Sequence record: MZ311865.1 | Strand: one strand, 5' to 3' | DNA: 64,000 nucleotides | Source of the DNA: Escherichia phage vB_EcoM_LNA2 | Shown here: piece by piece, positions 43,939 to 51,964 of the stretch | Numbering within the stretch: position 1 is the stretch's first letter | Layout of the letters: each line of letters opens with the position of its first letter | The notes under the pieces: model-generated | The model's database searches: none | What the model was told of the DNA's origin: nothing | The model's input: the letters and a program-made list of their open reading frames with translations, nothing else | Translations under genes and position numbers: made by a program

Positions 43939-44211
43939 TTAGTTGTTAGAATACATCGCTAAATGACGATAAATATTTTCAAAACCTTCATTGAATTCAC
44001 TAATCAGTGTTTTCTTTTCTTCGGCAGTTAAATTTGTAATTAGTTTTCTGAACGAATTCTGATTTAGCTGCCGACCATCTTTTTTAATTCCAATCTCATT
44101 CAAGAATCCGATGAAACTTGCTCGGTCTTCAACAATATCTTCCCTAGAGAATTTAATCAAAATAGAAGCAATAGTAATAATTTCACGTACGATTTCAATG
44201 TCTTTATTCAT
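43939..44211 (-). CDS. asiA: anti-sigma70 factor AsiA
   Basis: 90 aa, T4 AsiA length; conserved REIITIASILIKFSREDIVE region. Confidence 0.9.
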   Translation of the reverse strand: MNKDIEIVREIITIASILIKFSREDIVEDRASFIGFLNEIGIKKDGRQLNQNSFRKLITNLTAEEKKTLISEFNEGFENIYRHLAMYSNN

Positions 44212-44245
44212 AACGTTTTATTCATTCCACTTAATTGATAGGAGT

Positions 44246-44275
44246 ATAGTACCATTATCAGTGTTGATTGTAAAC
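44246..44275 (-). promoter_or_regulatory. early-type promoter cassette for asiA
   Basis: Minus-strand GTTTAC-18nt-TACTAT about 35 nt upstream of the asiA ATG. Confidence 0.5.
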
Positions 44276-44419
44276 GGCTTTTTCTACGCTTTTAACGTAA
44301 TCGGTATAGTCTTCCTGTTCGTACGAGTGTAAGACCAAGAATTGAACTAATAGTTCATTATAGACTAAAGCCTCACGCTCACGTTCGGCCTCTACTACGT
44401 TCTGAAGATTATGACTCAT
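44258..44419 (-). CDS. hypothetical small acidic protein
   Basis: Track ORF 44258..44473 trimmed to internal ATG at 44417-44419 preceded by AAGGAA (53 aa). Confidence 0.35.
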   Translation of the reverse strand: MSHNLQNVVEAEREREALVYNELLVQFLVLHSYEQEDYTDYVKSVEKAVYNQH

Positions 44420-44708
44420 ATTGTTCCTTATAACTATCAATGTAGTCCTGTATGTCAAAGAATGACATTTCATATTCTAGGACATTAAGAGCCCGTTCTT
44501 CAGTATAGTCAGAACCAAAGACGATAGTGATTTCACCAGGATTCATGTGATTGAAATCGACACTAAAAGGAATACGAGAACAGACTTCATCTTCCATATC
44601 TACGATAACACTACGACACACTTCTCGGTTAACCTGATAAAGCTCTGCAAGTTCTTCACAATGAATAACAAGTTCAGTGGCAGGATTTTCTTTGATTTTA
44701 GTAAGCAT
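44409..44708 (-). CDS. acidic protein, possible Arn-like anti-restriction DNA mimic
   Basis: Track ORF 44409..44795 trimmed to internal Met (MLTKIKENPATELVIHCEELAELYQV..., 99 aa); strongly acidic; sits at the T4 arn position between asiA and motA; identity not verified. Confidence 0.4.
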   Translation of the reverse strand: MLTKIKENPATELVIHCEELAELYQVNREVCRSVIVDMEDEVCSRIPFSVDFNHMNPGEITIVFGSDYTEERALNVLEYEMSFFDIQDYIDSYKEQYES

Positions 44709-44791
44709 AGTCTTTACCCTTATGTTTTTGTTTACGTTTAGATTGAAGTTCTGATTTCTTTTTGTCCTTATGGACGGAAGCCTTATTGAAA

Positions 44792-45010
44792 TCATGTTTT
44801 GCTACAAGATTGTTCATAATGATTTATAACCTCGTTTAAACATTTGTCTGTGAAAGAAAACTTTTTAGCCACAGAACATTCTATAATGTGCTCTTTCAAA
44901 TCTTTAGAGTCAGTATATCCCATCTCAGTAATAAAGTGACGAATTAAAGCTTTATTCTTATCATTAACAGAATTAAAATAATCTGCTTTAGAATCAATTA
45001 TTCTCATCAT
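44792..45010 (-). CDS. hypothetical protein
   Basis: 72-aa ORF. Confidence 0.4.
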   Translation of the reverse strand: MMRIIDSKADYFNSVNDKNKALIRHFITEMGYTDSKDLKEHIIECSVAKKFSFTDKCLNEVINHYEQSCSKT

Positions 45011-45275
45011 CTAATTTCCTTAATTGATATTGCAATGAGCTAATAATTTCTTCGTTCATTTTAATATACATGTCGCGCAAGAAAGGTTTTAACCCATCAC
45101 GAATAATTGCTAACGTATCACCTTTACATAAATTAACCAAATAAGGATGGTCTAAAGCCTCCCAACCAGGCTGATTAGCATACATACCATAATTTTCTTC
45201 CATCATAGCATTCAGGCGTTTGATATGATTAATGTGGGCTTCAATAGCATCAATCTGGAGTTGTTTAAGATTCAT
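44994..45275 (-). CDS. hypothetical protein
   Basis: 93-aa ORF. Confidence 0.4.
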   Translation of the reverse strand: MNLKQLQIDAIEAHINHIKRLNAMMEENYGMYANQPGWEALDHPYLVNLCKGDTLAIIRDGLKPFLRDMYIKMNEEIISSLQYQLRKLDDENN

Positions 45276-45736
45276 TAGTAAAGGTCCTCAGAGTAAAGTT
45301 CTTTTTCATTACCACCACGTTCAATACGTACTTGTCCAGCGTAAGTTGCAATAATCATTGCTTCTTCACGTGTCCAATAATTACTATATTGGTCAATAAA
45401 CCCTTGGTCATCATCACAAACTTGTTGAGTAACTAATTGAGGTTTAACTACATCTAAAACTTCTGCCATATCTTTAGAATAATGACGAGCACCTGGAATA
45501 ATAAGAGTTCGTCCATCTTTTAATTTAAAACGGTTGGCTGCACAGACAATTCGTCGTTGATACTTTTGGTTTTCATCCCAATACAAAGTCTGCCAACAGA
45601 TTTCAGGAACTTCATCTAAAACATTTTGTTCTGTATATTCACCACCGTAAGAAGCTAATTTAGCAGCCAAACTTTCCGGAGTCTCACGAGATAAAGCTTT
45701 ATCTAACAGAGCTAAACGTTCTTTAAAAGTTTTCAT
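45275..45736 (-). CDS. hypothetical protein
   Basis: 153-aa ORF. Confidence 0.45.
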   Translation of the reverse strand: MKTFKERLALLDKALSRETPESLAAKLASYGGEYTEQNVLDEVPEICWQTLYWDENQKYQRRIVCAANRFKLKDGRTLIIPGARHYSKDMAEVLDVVKPQLVTQQVCDDDQGFIDQYSNYWTREEAMIIATYAGQVRIERGGNEKELYSEDLY

Positions 45737-46083
45737 TTAAACCATCCTTTAATACGTTGCCACAAAGTTTTCTGCTGAGCTTTGTTAACACCAATCGAAC
45801 GAATAACCGGTTGTGACTGCTGATATTCTTTATAATCTTCTTTATAGATTTCGTAAGCTGCATCAACAAATGAACTGATCGCTGCCATGTAGTTTTTACG
45901 AAGGCCAAATGGCGCGTCATTATTTTCACGAATAACCGTATATTGGCCTGCTTTAATCTTTACAATTGTCCCTAAATAAGCCCCGTGGTACCAAATATCC
46001 CATCCTTCCTGAGTAGGTTCTGCACATTTACGAAGTTCGTTAATAATATTCAGCTTATTCATTATGTATTCCTCACAGTACAT
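45733..46083 (-). CDS. hypothetical protein (motA.1 position)
   Basis: 116-aa ORF; a second track ORF 45723..45929 in another frame is embedded and rejected. Confidence 0.4.
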   Translation of the reverse strand: MYCEEYIMNKLNIINELRKCAEPTQEGWDIWYHGAYLGTIVKIKAGQYTVIRENNDAPFGLRKNYMAAISSFVDAAYEIYKEDYKEYQQSQPVIRSIGVNKAQQKTLWQRIKGWFK

Positions 46084-46705
46084 TAGTTACAAGGGTAATG
46101 ATTTCTTTGGACACATTAGGGAAGTCAATGTAAGTATATTTACCACCGATCTTAATCTTAACATCATTTTCAAGAGAAGTAAACAGCTTTGATTCAGTTT
46201 CTGACATGTTGTATGCAAAGATTCTAAGAGCGCCATCTCGACGAATTTCAATTTGGCGAATGCCTAGAACTCGTTTAGCGAATCGAACTTCTAAGTTACT
46301 ACGGTTTTCACCAATTTCTTTAACTTCAACTTTATCTTTAATATTTTCAAAAACAAAGTTTGCTAATTCATGCATTTCAGGAGTAACTCCACGTGCTTTT
46401 CTAGTGTTACGTTTCTGAAGAAGTTCTGGAGCATTTTCTTTGGCAAAGAGGTCTGCAGCTTTTTGGATAATATCCATTGCTTCGCCTGTTGCTACAAGTC
46501 CATCACCGGATTTTTCGACTAAACCTTTCTTAATCAATACACCAATGTTAGAGTTAACAACTGATGCATTGTATTCCGCTTCCAGAGCTTCACGGACATT
46601 GGCAGCAGTGGTGAAGTTGTTCTTAATGATATAAACCATTATTGCAGCAGTTTTTTCATTCAGAGCGTTTTCAGAAGCTTTGATGATGTAAGTAACTTTA
46701 GACAT
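46073..46705 (-). CDS. motA: middle-transcription activator MotA
   Basis: 210 aa (T4 MotA 211 aa); N-terminus MSKVTYIIKAS... and conserved NSNIGVLIKKGLVEKSGDGL block. Confidence 0.9.
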   Translation of the reverse strand: MSKVTYIIKASENALNEKTAAIMVYIIKNNFTTAANVREALEAEYNASVVNSNIGVLIKKGLVEKSGDGLVATGEAMDIIQKAADLFAKENAPELLQKRNTRKARGVTPEMHELANFVFENIKDKVEVKEIGENRSNLEVRFAKRVLGIRQIEIRRDGALRIFAYNMSETESKLFTSLENDVKIKIGGKYTYIDFPNVSKEIITLVTNVL

Positions 46706-46742
46706 TTTATTTCTCCAAATTAGTATTTGTTTTGATAGGTCT

Positions 46743-46771
46743 ATAATATCATGTTTGAAGCAAAAGTAAAC
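46743..46771 (-). promoter_or_regulatory. early-type promoter cassette for motA (copy A of duplicated element)
   Basis: Minus-strand GTTTAC-17nt-TATTAT; contains TGCTTCA (MotA-box-like) in the spacer. Confidence 0.5.
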
Positions 46772-46780
46772 TTTATTTTG

Positions 46781-46800
46781 GGCTCTTTTTCCAAAAGCCC
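46781..46800 (-). terminator. hairpin after ORF 46810..47025
   Basis: GGGCTCTTTT...AAAAGCCC imperfect inverted repeat. Confidence 0.35.
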
Positions 46801-46809
46801 TGGTAAAAT

Positions 46810-47025
46810 TTACAAACTCATTTCTTTAATAAGGCCAATAAGTTTTGCCTTTTTAGAACGAAGCTTTTCTAAACGATGTCCATTTGAACCGCGAACCACT
46901 AAAGAATTGATTTCAACTTCTAAGAAATTTAATTCTTCAACAAGTGCTTTACGGGGAGCATTCATACCAGGTTTAACTTTACCAAAACGAGTAGTTGTGT
47001 TTTGGGTTAATTTCATTTTAGACAT
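46810..47025 (-). CDS. hypothetical protein (52.1 position)
   Basis: 71-aa ORF with the same leader and first codons as motA. Confidence 0.45.
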   Translation of the reverse strand: MSKMKLTQNTTTRFGKVKPGMNAPRKALVEELNFLEVEINSLVVRGSNGHRLEKLRSKKAKLIGLIKEMSL

Positions 47026-47064
47026 TTTATTTCTCCAATTTGGTTGTTTTGTTTTGATAGGTCT

Positions 47065-47093
47065 ATAATATCATGTTTGAAGCACATGTAAAC
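47065..47093 (-). promoter_or_regulatory. early-type promoter cassette (copy B of duplicated element)
   Basis: Minus-strand GTTTAC-17nt-TATTAT, duplicate of the motA promoter. Confidence 0.5.
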
Positions 47094-47118
47094 TGTTTTG
47101 TGAGAAAAATGCACAAAA

Positions 47119-47134
47119 GGGAGCCGAAGCTCCC
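47119..47134 (-). terminator. UUCG-tetraloop hairpin after gene 52
   Basis: GGGAGC-cgaa-GCTCCC on plus strand. Confidence 0.55.
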
Positions 47135-47210
47135 TAATCATGTTTGTCCAACCAATACAGCCAAATCACTAGTGCAGCTATTGCACCGAGAAATCCTAAG
47201 GCTAGGGCAC

Positions 47211-48536
47211 TCAAAGTGCCTCCAAGTCTTTAGTGTACTCTGTCACAACATCGGTAGACTTCCAATACTCATTTTCTTCTTTCTTAGCTTTAGCTTCTTC
47301 GGCTAGTTTACGTGCTTCATCGGAAGTGATATGGAAGATGTTAAGACCTACCAGTTTATCGACATGTTCTTTATACATTTCTATTTGTGCTAGCTCTTCA
47401 GTCAAAGCTTTACGAGTCTTGCCCTGAATCACAATTTCACCGTTGATAACTTTTTTGATGAAGTGTGCCTTAGCAAAAGCCAGTTTAAATGCTTTTTCAG
47501 ATTCAAGGATTTTGTTGTCAATACGTTTCTGAACGTAAGTCTTACGGACTTCAACAAAATCTTTGATTAAGTCCACTACGTTATCGTAGACAGCTAATTT
47601 ACCCTTTTCATTAATCACTGTGATGTTTTGTGAACGACGTTCGATGAGACTAAAATCTTTCATGATTTTTTCATGACGTAGCTCTTCATCATCAGGAAGC
47701 GAGTACTCTTTACGGAACTTCACCTTAAACCCAAAGCCGTGTTCACCACAATCATCTTCCCATGAGATTAGACCTTTGTCTTCCAACGGGTCAAGAACCT
47801 TACTCACATACGTTTCACGGTCGAATTTATATGGGATTTCAGTTATCTGCATTTGAGTGCGAGATGTGAACTTATACGTTCCGTGAATCTCATAACGCCC
47901 ATCAACTTCATGTACTTCACCACGGAATTCCGGGAATTCAACTTTTGGCTTAGTGACATTTTTACCTTGAAGAGCTTGTAATACAGCCTTTTTTACCGAT
48001 TTAAAACTATGAGGCAGAATATTTGTTGCGTAACCGGTTGCAATACCAGAGACGCCATTCAAAAGAACTGTCGGAATAATAGGAAGATAGAATTTTGGTG
48101 GAATGTGTTCTTTATCTTCATGAGCTGGAGCATATTCAGTATCTTTATATACGTTATAGAAATTTTTACTTACACGAGCAAAAATATAACGAGATGCTGC
48201 AGCTTTTTGGACTGTTCTAGAACCAAAGTTGCCTTGGCCATCTAACAGTGGATAGTTGTTGTTCCATGTGTTAGCCATCAATGCACCTGCATCTTGTGCA
48301 GAAGATTCACCATGGTGATAACCTAAATCTGCAACACCGCCTGCAATTGACGCAAGTTTATGAAATTTTTCTTTATTACCACGAGCCAAATCTAACGCAC
48401 GATGGACCACAAAACGTTGAACCGGCTTAAATCCATCAATCATGTTTGGGATTGCACGGTTTTCAACGGTGTACATCGCATATGCTAAGGCTTCGTTATC
48501 AATAATACTTTTTAGATTACGAGAATTCAATTGCAT
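47211..48536 (-). CDS. 52: DNA topoisomerase II medium subunit gp52
   Basis: 441 aa (T4 gp52 442 aa); type II topoisomerase A-subunit-like. Confidence 0.9.
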   Translation of the reverse strand: MQLNSRNLKSIIDNEALAYAMYTVENRAIPNMIDGFKPVQRFVVHRALDLARGNKEKFHKLASIAGGVADLGYHHGESSAQDAGALMANTWNNNYPLLDGQGNFGSRTVQKAAASRYIFARVSKNFYNVYKDTEYAPAHEDKEHIPPKFYLPIIPTVLLNGVSGIATGYATNILPHSFKSVKKAVLQALQGKNVTKPKVEFPEFRGEVHEVDGRYEIHGTYKFTSRTQMQITEIPYKFDRETYVSKVLDPLEDKGLISWEDDCGEHGFGFKVKFRKEYSLPDDEELRHEKIMKDFSLIERRSQNITVINEKGKLAVYDNVVDLIKDFVEVRKTYVQKRIDNKILESEKAFKLAFAKAHFIKKVINGEIVIQGKTRKALTEELAQIEMYKEHVDKLVGLNIFHITSDEARKLAEEAKAKKEENEYWKSTDVVTEYTKDLEAL

Positions 48537-48540
48537 ATTT

Positions 48541-48681
48541 TCACCATATTAATGAACGAATATCCATTATAACATCTGAAATGAAAAGCACTACTTGGAT
48601 TAGTCCAAACATCACACCGTAGTACAGAACCGTAAGCAACAACAAGAGCCCGAAGGCTCCTGCTAAAATTTTCTTAATCAT
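48541..48681 (-). CDS. small hydrophobic membrane peptide, 46 aa (missed by ORF track; T4 ac position)
   Basis: Hand translation: MIKKILAGAFGLLLLLTVLYYGVMFGLIQVVLFISDVIMDIRSLIW; TAATG overlap with the upstream peptide ORF. Confidence 0.45.
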   Translation of the reverse strand: MIKKILAGAFGLLLLLTVLYYGVMFGLIQVVLFISDVIMDIRSLIW

Positions 48682-48827
48682 TACTCGCCTTTTAACACGT
48701 TAAGAAGAGCTAAGACCGCTAAGGTACCTTGTGATACGGCCTGTTGAAATACTGTTGTTTCGCCTGTAACTAAAGTGCTAACGAATAAAAATGTCCAACA
48801 CAGCAATGCAATAATCCATGCTATCAT
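48681..48827 (-). CDS. small hydrophobic membrane peptide, 48 aa (missed by ORF track)
   Basis: Hand translation: MIAWIIALLCWTFYSFSTLVTGETTVFQQAVSQGTLAVLALLNVLKGE; RBS GAGGT upstream. Confidence 0.45.
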   Translation of the reverse strand: MIAWIIALLCWTFLFVSTLVTGETTVFQQAVSQGTLAVLALLNVLKGE

Positions 48828-48879
48828 TTTAATTACCTCAAAAATAAATTAAAGGCCCAACTTAATAGGCCTGTATAAA

Positions 48880-49326
48880 TTAGTAACTCTGCAGAATGAA
48901 TTTGAAATTATCTGCCAGAAGACGGTTCATTTCAGTGAGTGTTTGATATTCTGATGTATGGTTGCGAGTGAATGCCAGAGCCAATTGACCTTTACCATAA
49001 CCAGTGGTCAGTGGTTTCATGTTCTTAGCTGCAACAAAGATTACATCATATTCAATATTGTTAGTGCCCATGGTACGGGCTAGTTGTGAACGGCCTTGAC
49101 GAATGTGAGAAAGAATTGCATCCAACCCTTGTTTAGAACGTTGACGTCCTACAAAGAATCGTGCTGCTACTTGTCGCCAATCAGATGAACCTTTAACGAA
49201 GAAGTAAAAACCTTCACGAGAACGAAACTCTTTAGAAACTTCAGAACCGTATTCGCCATTACGAACTACTGCAACAACTTCACCGCCAACTGCCAGAAGG
49301 TCTTTACGAGTTAAATATTTGGACAT
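48880..49326 (-). CDS. ndd: nucleoid disruption protein Ndd
   Basis: 148 aa (T4 Ndd 151 aa); conserved ...RFFVG.QRSKQG..A.LSHIRQ.RSQLART... and [22 protein letters not shown] blocks. Confidence 0.85.
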   Translation of the reverse strand: MSKYLTRKDLLAVGGEVVAVVRNGEYGSEVSKEFRSREGFYFFVKGSSDWRQVAARFFVGRQRSKQGLDAILSHIRQGRSQLARTMGTNNIEYDVIFVAAKNMKPLTTGYGKGQLALAFTRNHTSEYQTLTEMNRLLADNFKFILQSY

Positions 49327-49370
49327 GCTAATTTCCTCAATTGATTAATGTTTTTGTAATCCATGAGAGC

Positions 49371-49400
49371 ATTATACTCTGCTCTCAAGAGTTTGTACAA
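49371..49400 (-). promoter_or_regulatory. early-type promoter cassette for ndd with hairpin around -10
   Basis: Minus-strand TTGTAC-18nt-TATAAT; stem GAGAGC/GCTCTC encloses the -10. Confidence 0.5.
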
Positions 49401-49402
49401 TT

Positions 49403-49603
49403 TTATTCGGCTATATCAGAACGTTCAAAAAGCTCTTCAACAGTTAAACATTCAGTGTCATCTTCAATAAAGAATCGAGTCCAACACGTTGGGGCGATAC
49501 AGTTATGAGTTTGTCCGGCTATAGAAGCTACACGAATAAGCTGCTGGCCATTGTTCAGGACAAATTTTTCACCAATTTCAACATCTTTAAAAAGCTTAGC
49601 CAT
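49403..49603 (-). CDS. hypothetical protein
   Basis: 66-aa ORF. Confidence 0.4.
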   Translation of the reverse strand: MAKLFKDVEIGEKFVLNNGQQLIRVASIAGQTHNCIAPTCWTRFFIEDDTECLTVEELFERSDIAE

Positions 49604-49631
49604 TTTGTGTTCCTCATGTTTCAGTAGGACT

Positions 49632-49661
49632 ACTATACCATAATCCTACCTTGTTGTAAAC
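49632..49661 (-). promoter_or_regulatory. early-type promoter cassette
   Basis: Minus-strand GTTTAC-18nt-TATAGT with GTAGGA/TCCTAC stem. Confidence 0.5.
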
Positions 49662-49853
49662 AATTAAATTACATTAAAATATGTTAAAGCCAACCATGTT
49701 CCAGTGAACGAACATGCAATGTAAAAACCCGTATCACAAATTGTTCTTAGTACAATAAGAAGTGCAATTTTCATAAGTACCTCAACACAATTGAAAATAT
49801 TATACAAATCATTGGGATACTAAGCAACCATATTCCTATCCACATTTTAGAGC

Positions 49854-50117
49854 TCATATCTCAACTTCCGCGAGTTCCATATATCCTTTGTTGATAACCT
49901 CTTTAAGGTCTTTAGAAAGAATAACACTAAAATGGTCGTTCATATGTCCATTAACTAAACGAGTTATTTCTGCTTCAGATGACATATAAGGCACGTCTGA
50001 GTCCCAATGAGATAGACCCAAATGGGTATAAATCATCCCTTCGTCATCTGCAGTGTTGTACATTGAAACAAATTCGCCTGTTACTTTATGTTTTGCGTAG
50101 AAAAATTTAAATTTCAT
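49854..50117 (-). CDS. hypothetical protein
   Basis: 87-aa ORF. Confidence 0.4.
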   Translation of the reverse strand: MKFKFFYAKHKVTGEFVSMYNTADDEGMIYTHLGLSHWDSDVPYMSSEAEITRLVNGHMNDHFSVILSKDLKEVINKGYMELAEVEI

Positions 50118-50143
50118 GATGTTATCCTCTTTTAGATAGGACT

Positions 50144-50173
50144 ACTATATCATAGTCCTACTTAGTTGTAAAC
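50144..50173 (-). promoter_or_regulatory. early-type promoter cassette with hairpin around -10
   Basis: Minus-strand GTTTAC-18nt-TATAGT; stem TAGGACT/AGTCCTA encloses the -10. Confidence 0.5.
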
Positions 50174-50185
50174 ACTTTTATGAAA

Positions 50186-50806
50186 TTAAAGATGAAGATA
50201 CCACCCGTTGTAGTTGCTCTTGCGGACGATTTTCTTTAGGTCTTCATGGTCTCCCACGAACTTTATAGAATAAGAGAAGACGTCAGGTGAGGTTTCTTTG
50301 ACATCTAATATAATAATGCAATCTGCGACTCGATGGTTCAAGAAGGGCCCTATATTGATTCCATTACCACCCGGATAATCACCACTGTATCCTGTGGTAA
50401 CTGAAATCCATTTAGAATCTATCTGGTGTGTCTTGACTTCTACACGAATTCCACAATACTTGGGATGGGCTAACACGTCCCACGCATACGTGTACGGGTC
50501 TTCTACGTCTTCAATACCTTTATTAACATATCCGTCTAGCCAATTTGCTACCACATACTCTGCAAAGACCGCAACCTTACAACGTCGAACTACATCTTCT
50601 TTGTTTTGGTCAGGATTTTGGCTCAGGGAATACCGAGCAGTGTCAGCAATCTTCACCTTCATTTCACTAGTCAAAAACTCATTCGACAGGATAAATGTCG
50701 GAAGATTCTTCAGTCTCAACAGTCCCAAGTTCGTCTTTACCATAGATACCTCTGATGTGTAGTTCGCCAAAATAAATGCGGTCACCTTCTTCAAGATATT
50801 CAGCAT
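50186..50806 (-). CDS. hypothetical protein at the T4 denB position (start uncertain)
   Basis: 206-aa track ORF; internal Met (MVKTNLG) would give 185 aa, the T4 DenB length, but identity is not verified. Confidence 0.4.
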   Translation of the reverse strand: MLNILKKVTAFILANYTSEVSMVKTNLGLLRLKNLPTFILSNEFLTSEMKVKIADTARYSLSQNPDQNKEDVVRRCKVAVFAEYVVANWLDGYVNKGIEDVEDPYTYAWDVLAHPKYCGIRVEVKTHQIDSKWISVTTGYSGDYPGGNGINIGPFLNHRVADCIIILDVKETSPDVFSYSIKFVGDHEDLKKIVRKSNYNGWYLHL

Positions 50807-50966
50807 CTACCGGTGGGATTTCAATAACAACTTCGTCGCATTCTAACCAGCCGTAGTGTGCATCACCAGGATGTTTTACCAATTTAGCACAATAAACTGA
50901 TTTACACTTATGATGACCACGAAGATTAGCAATTTTGGATTCTGATACGTCAAATGGATGAATCAT
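50679..50966 (-). CDS. hypothetical protein, overlaps the next ORF
   Basis: 95-aa ORF directly after the rIIB terminator; its 3' end overlaps the 5' end of ORF 50186..50806 in a different frame. Confidence 0.35.
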   Translation of the reverse strand: MIHPFDVSESKIANLRGHHKCKSVYCAKLVKHPGDAHYGWLECDEVVIEIPPVDAEYLEEGDRIYFGELHIRGIYGKDELGTVETEESSDIYPVE

Positions 50967-50986
50967 AATTACCCCTAAAGAAAAAA

Positions 50987-51002
50987 GGGGACCGAAGTCC
51001 CC
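50987..51002 (-). terminator. UUCG-tetraloop hairpin after rIIB
   Basis: GGGGAC-cgaa-GTCCCC on plus strand. Confidence 0.55.
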
Positions 51003-51007
51003 AATTA

Positions 51008-51955
51008 TTATTCTGCAAATAATTCAGTAACGTCTGAAATTACTTCATAACGACAAGTACGCATCTTAGCATCGCCATAGTCAACTGGGATAGATACAAC
51101 ATCACGTGGATGAACTTTAACCTTCACAACTTTATCTGAGCTTGAACCAAAGTGGCGAATATAAGATTTAGCACAAACGTGGAGACCGCGAGAACAGGTT
51201 TGAGTATCATCGTCGTTAACTCGAGTACGAGGCATTGAAACAACTTTACCTGGGGAGTTATCAAACGTACCACTATAGCAGTCTAAATAGTCCTTACGAA
51301 CTACTTTCCACGCATAGAAATGACCATCTTCAGTGATTTCAATATCGTTTGCAACCAAGAAGTCGAATAAACGTTGTACAGCTTTTTCGCTTGGGTTTTC
51401 TAACAGGTTTTCAAGGAATGGCAGATAGAATTTAAAGTCTTCACCTTTTTCCATGGAATCAATAATACGGTTAACCAGCCCTGAACGAATCTCTATACCT
51501 TGATAAAATAAACTACCACCTTCAATAACAACATTACCGTCAACAAACTTACTAATAGCTTTCTTGATGTTAATAAGTTCGACAGCTTTACTAAGGTTTC
51601 CTGCGACCAAATTAGCTTTAATTTCTTCAAAATTTGCATGACTTGATGGAGTCGCATTGTATGCTACGCGTCCTTCAATAATTGAAATAAATTTAGATGA
51701 CGCGTTCCATATGATTTCAGGACGATGTCCGCCGATAATAGGTTCATCATTTTCTGGAACTTCTTCGATTACATAAGAGGCATCGTTTGCTTCAGGGACA
51801 ACGCCTTCTGCTTTAAAATTCTTAACAATCTTACGAAGAGTATCTGTTGAAATGTCGAAGTAATCGGCAATTTCTTTACGAGTCCATTTGCCTGATTCAA
51901 CCAGGCCATAAGCTTCTAACTGTTCTTCTTGGGACAAGCATTTGATATTGTACAT
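51008..51955 (-). CDS. rIIB: rIIB membrane-associated lysis-inhibition protein
   Basis: 315 aa (T4 rIIB 312 aa); N-terminus MYNIKCL and conserved C-terminal half (FLVANDIEITEDG.FYAWKVVR...CSRGLHVC.KSYIRHFGSS). Confidence 0.9.
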   Translation of the reverse strand: MYNIKCLSQEEQLEAYGLVESGKWTRKEIADYFDISTDTLRKIVKNFKAEGVVPEANDASYVIEEVPENDEPIIGGHRPEIIWNASSKFISIIEGRVAYNATPSSHANFEEIKANLVAGNLSKAVELINIKKAISKFVDGNVVIEGGSLFYQGIEIRSGLVNRIIDSMEKGEDFKFYLPFLENLLENPSEKAVQRLFDFLVANDIEITEDGHFYAWKVVRKDYLDCYSGTFDNSPGKVVSMPRTRVNDDDTQTCSRGLHVCAKSYIRHFGSSSDKVVKVKVHPRDVVSIPVDYGDAKMRTCRYEVISDVTELFAE

Positions 51956-51964
51956 AATGTTTCC

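Larger units (their letters stand above)
46695..47097 (-). repeat. two copies of an ~80-bp promoter/leader/start-codon repeat (about 46695-46775 and 47015-47097)
   Basis: Near-identical TTTAGACATTTTATTTCTCCAA...GTTTTGATAGGTCTATAATATCATGTTTGAAGCA..GTAAACT in both copies; both downstream genes begin MSK. Confidence 0.75.

Noticed and set aside
46756-46762. TGCTTCA MotA-box-like motif within the motA/duplicated promoters
   Set aside because: Spacing to any plausible -10 is 7-10 nt rather than the ~12 nt expected for T4 middle promoters; treated as part of the early promoter only.
46751-47068. 105-aa plus-strand ORF spanning the duplicated promoter region
   Set aside because: Antisense to ORF 46810..47025 and crosses two promoter cassettes; no RBS.
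48641-48662. UUCG-type hairpin (GAGCCCGAAGGCTC) inside the proposed 46-aa peptide ORF
   Set aside because: Could be a terminator, which would argue against the peptide ORF, but it encodes an in-frame GAFGLL segment and the flanking ORF has RBS and overlap signals; left unresolved rather than called.
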